Origin: the human T2T-CHM13v2.0 reference genome, Homo sapiens | Assembly: GCF_009914755.1 (NCBI RefSeq) | Contig: NC_060939.1 | DNA length: 64,000 nt | Direction: 5' to 3' (one strand) | The notes under the pieces: model-generated | Databases searched by the model: none | What the model saw: the letters and a program-made list of their open reading frames with translations, nothing else | Told to the model about the DNA's origin: nothing | Part shown: piece by piece, positions 59,105 through 64,000 of the stretch | Layout of the letters: every line of letters begins with the position of its first letter | Position numbering within the stretch: the first letter of the stretch is position 1 | Made by a program: the position numbers and the translations under genes

Positions 59105-59489
59105 TCTATTAGTCAGGTTGAGCCAGAGAAGCAGTAAGGGATGGATATGAGGAGATACATTGTGAGGAATCTGCACACGTGGTTTTGGGACCTGGCCAGG
59201 CAAGCCTGAAGCCCGCAGGGCAGGCCATGGGGAAGGGCAGGCTGGAACTCCCAGGCATGGCTGCAGCTGCAGTCCACAGGCAGAATTTCTTCTTCCTGAA
59301 GGAAGCCTTGGCTCTACTTTTAAGGTCTCCTGACAAATTGATCCAGACCCAGACAGATTGTCTGGGATGATCTCCTTTCTAAAAGTCAACTCATTATGGA
59401 CTTTAATGACATGGACAGAAGACTTTCACAGCAACGTCTGGAAGAGTGGCTGATTGCCTAGCCAAGTCAGTACCTCAAAAAGACCACAC
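59105..59489 (-). mobile_element. ERVL LTR (MLT2D/E-like)
   Basis: tattagtcaggttgagccagagaagcag..cacaggcagaatttcttcttcct..aaagtcaactcattatggactttaat..cctagccaagtc. Confidence 0.65.
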
Positions 59490-59976
59490 TCTTGATAACA
59501 CGTGGGGGCTCCAGGACCAAAAGCTGGTGCTGCAGATGTGTGGGGTGGCAGCATTGTCACTTCCTGTCTCCCACTAACCTCAGGGTCACAGTGGGCTGGT
59601 GGCTGTAGCATGCTCCACACCTGCTCTCAGGGATGCTGGAGGGAGACTGAGGCCCAGGCTTTTGTCTTAGAGACTTGGGATATGTCTAGGATCCCTTCTA
59701 AAAGCCAAGTTCTAGATAGAATCTGGCCTTTCAGGGTTGGAGAGACCCCATGTGGCTTCTGAGCAGACTTCCTTCCTGATCTCAGTCTTGGAAGTGAAGG
59801 TCTTACCCCTGGTTGCCCCCTTCCTGTGACAGAGGGCTCTTTGCCTCTTTGCACTCCATGCCCCAGAGACAATCAGTGCTGGGGACAATTTTGTCAGAAA
59901 TCTATTCCCAGCCCTAGCTTAGCCTAGTGGCACTCTCAGTCCTGAAAGCTAGAGGCCATTTCCACATTGGTGTAGC

Positions 59977-60615
<639 letters not shown>

Positions 60616-60649
60616 AAAGGCGTAGATAGGGGCCGAAATTAAGCACTTA

Positions 60650-60772
60650 AGAATTACCCAGACTTGCATCGGAATTCTGCCTCTACCACTTAACTGTCTC
60701 TGTGTTACCCTGAGCAGACTGCTTGATCTCTCTAAGCCTTGATTTCCTTATCTGGACAATGGGAATAATGTG
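60650..60772 (+). mobile_element. MIR fragment
   Basis: ctctaccacttaactg..ctctctaagccttgatttccttatctggacaatgggaataat. Confidence 0.6.
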
Positions 60773-60774
60773 CC

Positions 60775-61072
<298 letters not shown>

Positions 61073-61094
61073 TGCTTTTTAAATAAAAACTGCT

Positions 61095-63928
<2,834 letters not shown>

Positions 63929-64000
63929 TTTTTTCTTACAACGGAAAGGACTCAACACCATATCTAGTAAAACACACACTGAATGTTGTTATTGAAAGCA

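Overview
Primate, almost certainly human, genomic DNA with the character of one very long intron or a gene-poor interval. It contains about 29 Alu copies or fragments (J, S and Y types), several old L1 blocks, L2 and MIR remnants, MaLR/ERVL solo LTRs (MLT1, MLT2, THE1) and DNA-transposon fossils (MER2, MER5, MER97). Several of these are nested and keep their target-site duplications (TSDs). No complete protein-coding gene, RNA gene or CRISPR array is visible, and nearly all ORF-track entries are Alu/L1 translations or chance ORFs. The best non-repeat signal is an isolated 54-nt, frame-preserving (phase 1-1) candidate exon on the + strand at 51266-51319 (xRFDHQEIFRDITKPLILx). It has strong splice sites and a downstream RBFOX element, and sits in a ~7.8-kb block lacking Alu, L1 and LTR insertions. 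Other items of interest are a compound minisatellite at 40.1-40.5 kb, a CTCF-like motif inside an old L1, two antisense AluJ copies with ready-made splice sites, and two motif-dense candidate enhancers. I see no convincing evidence of a wholly new biological system. Repeat subfamily names are from visual recognition and boundaries are approximate.
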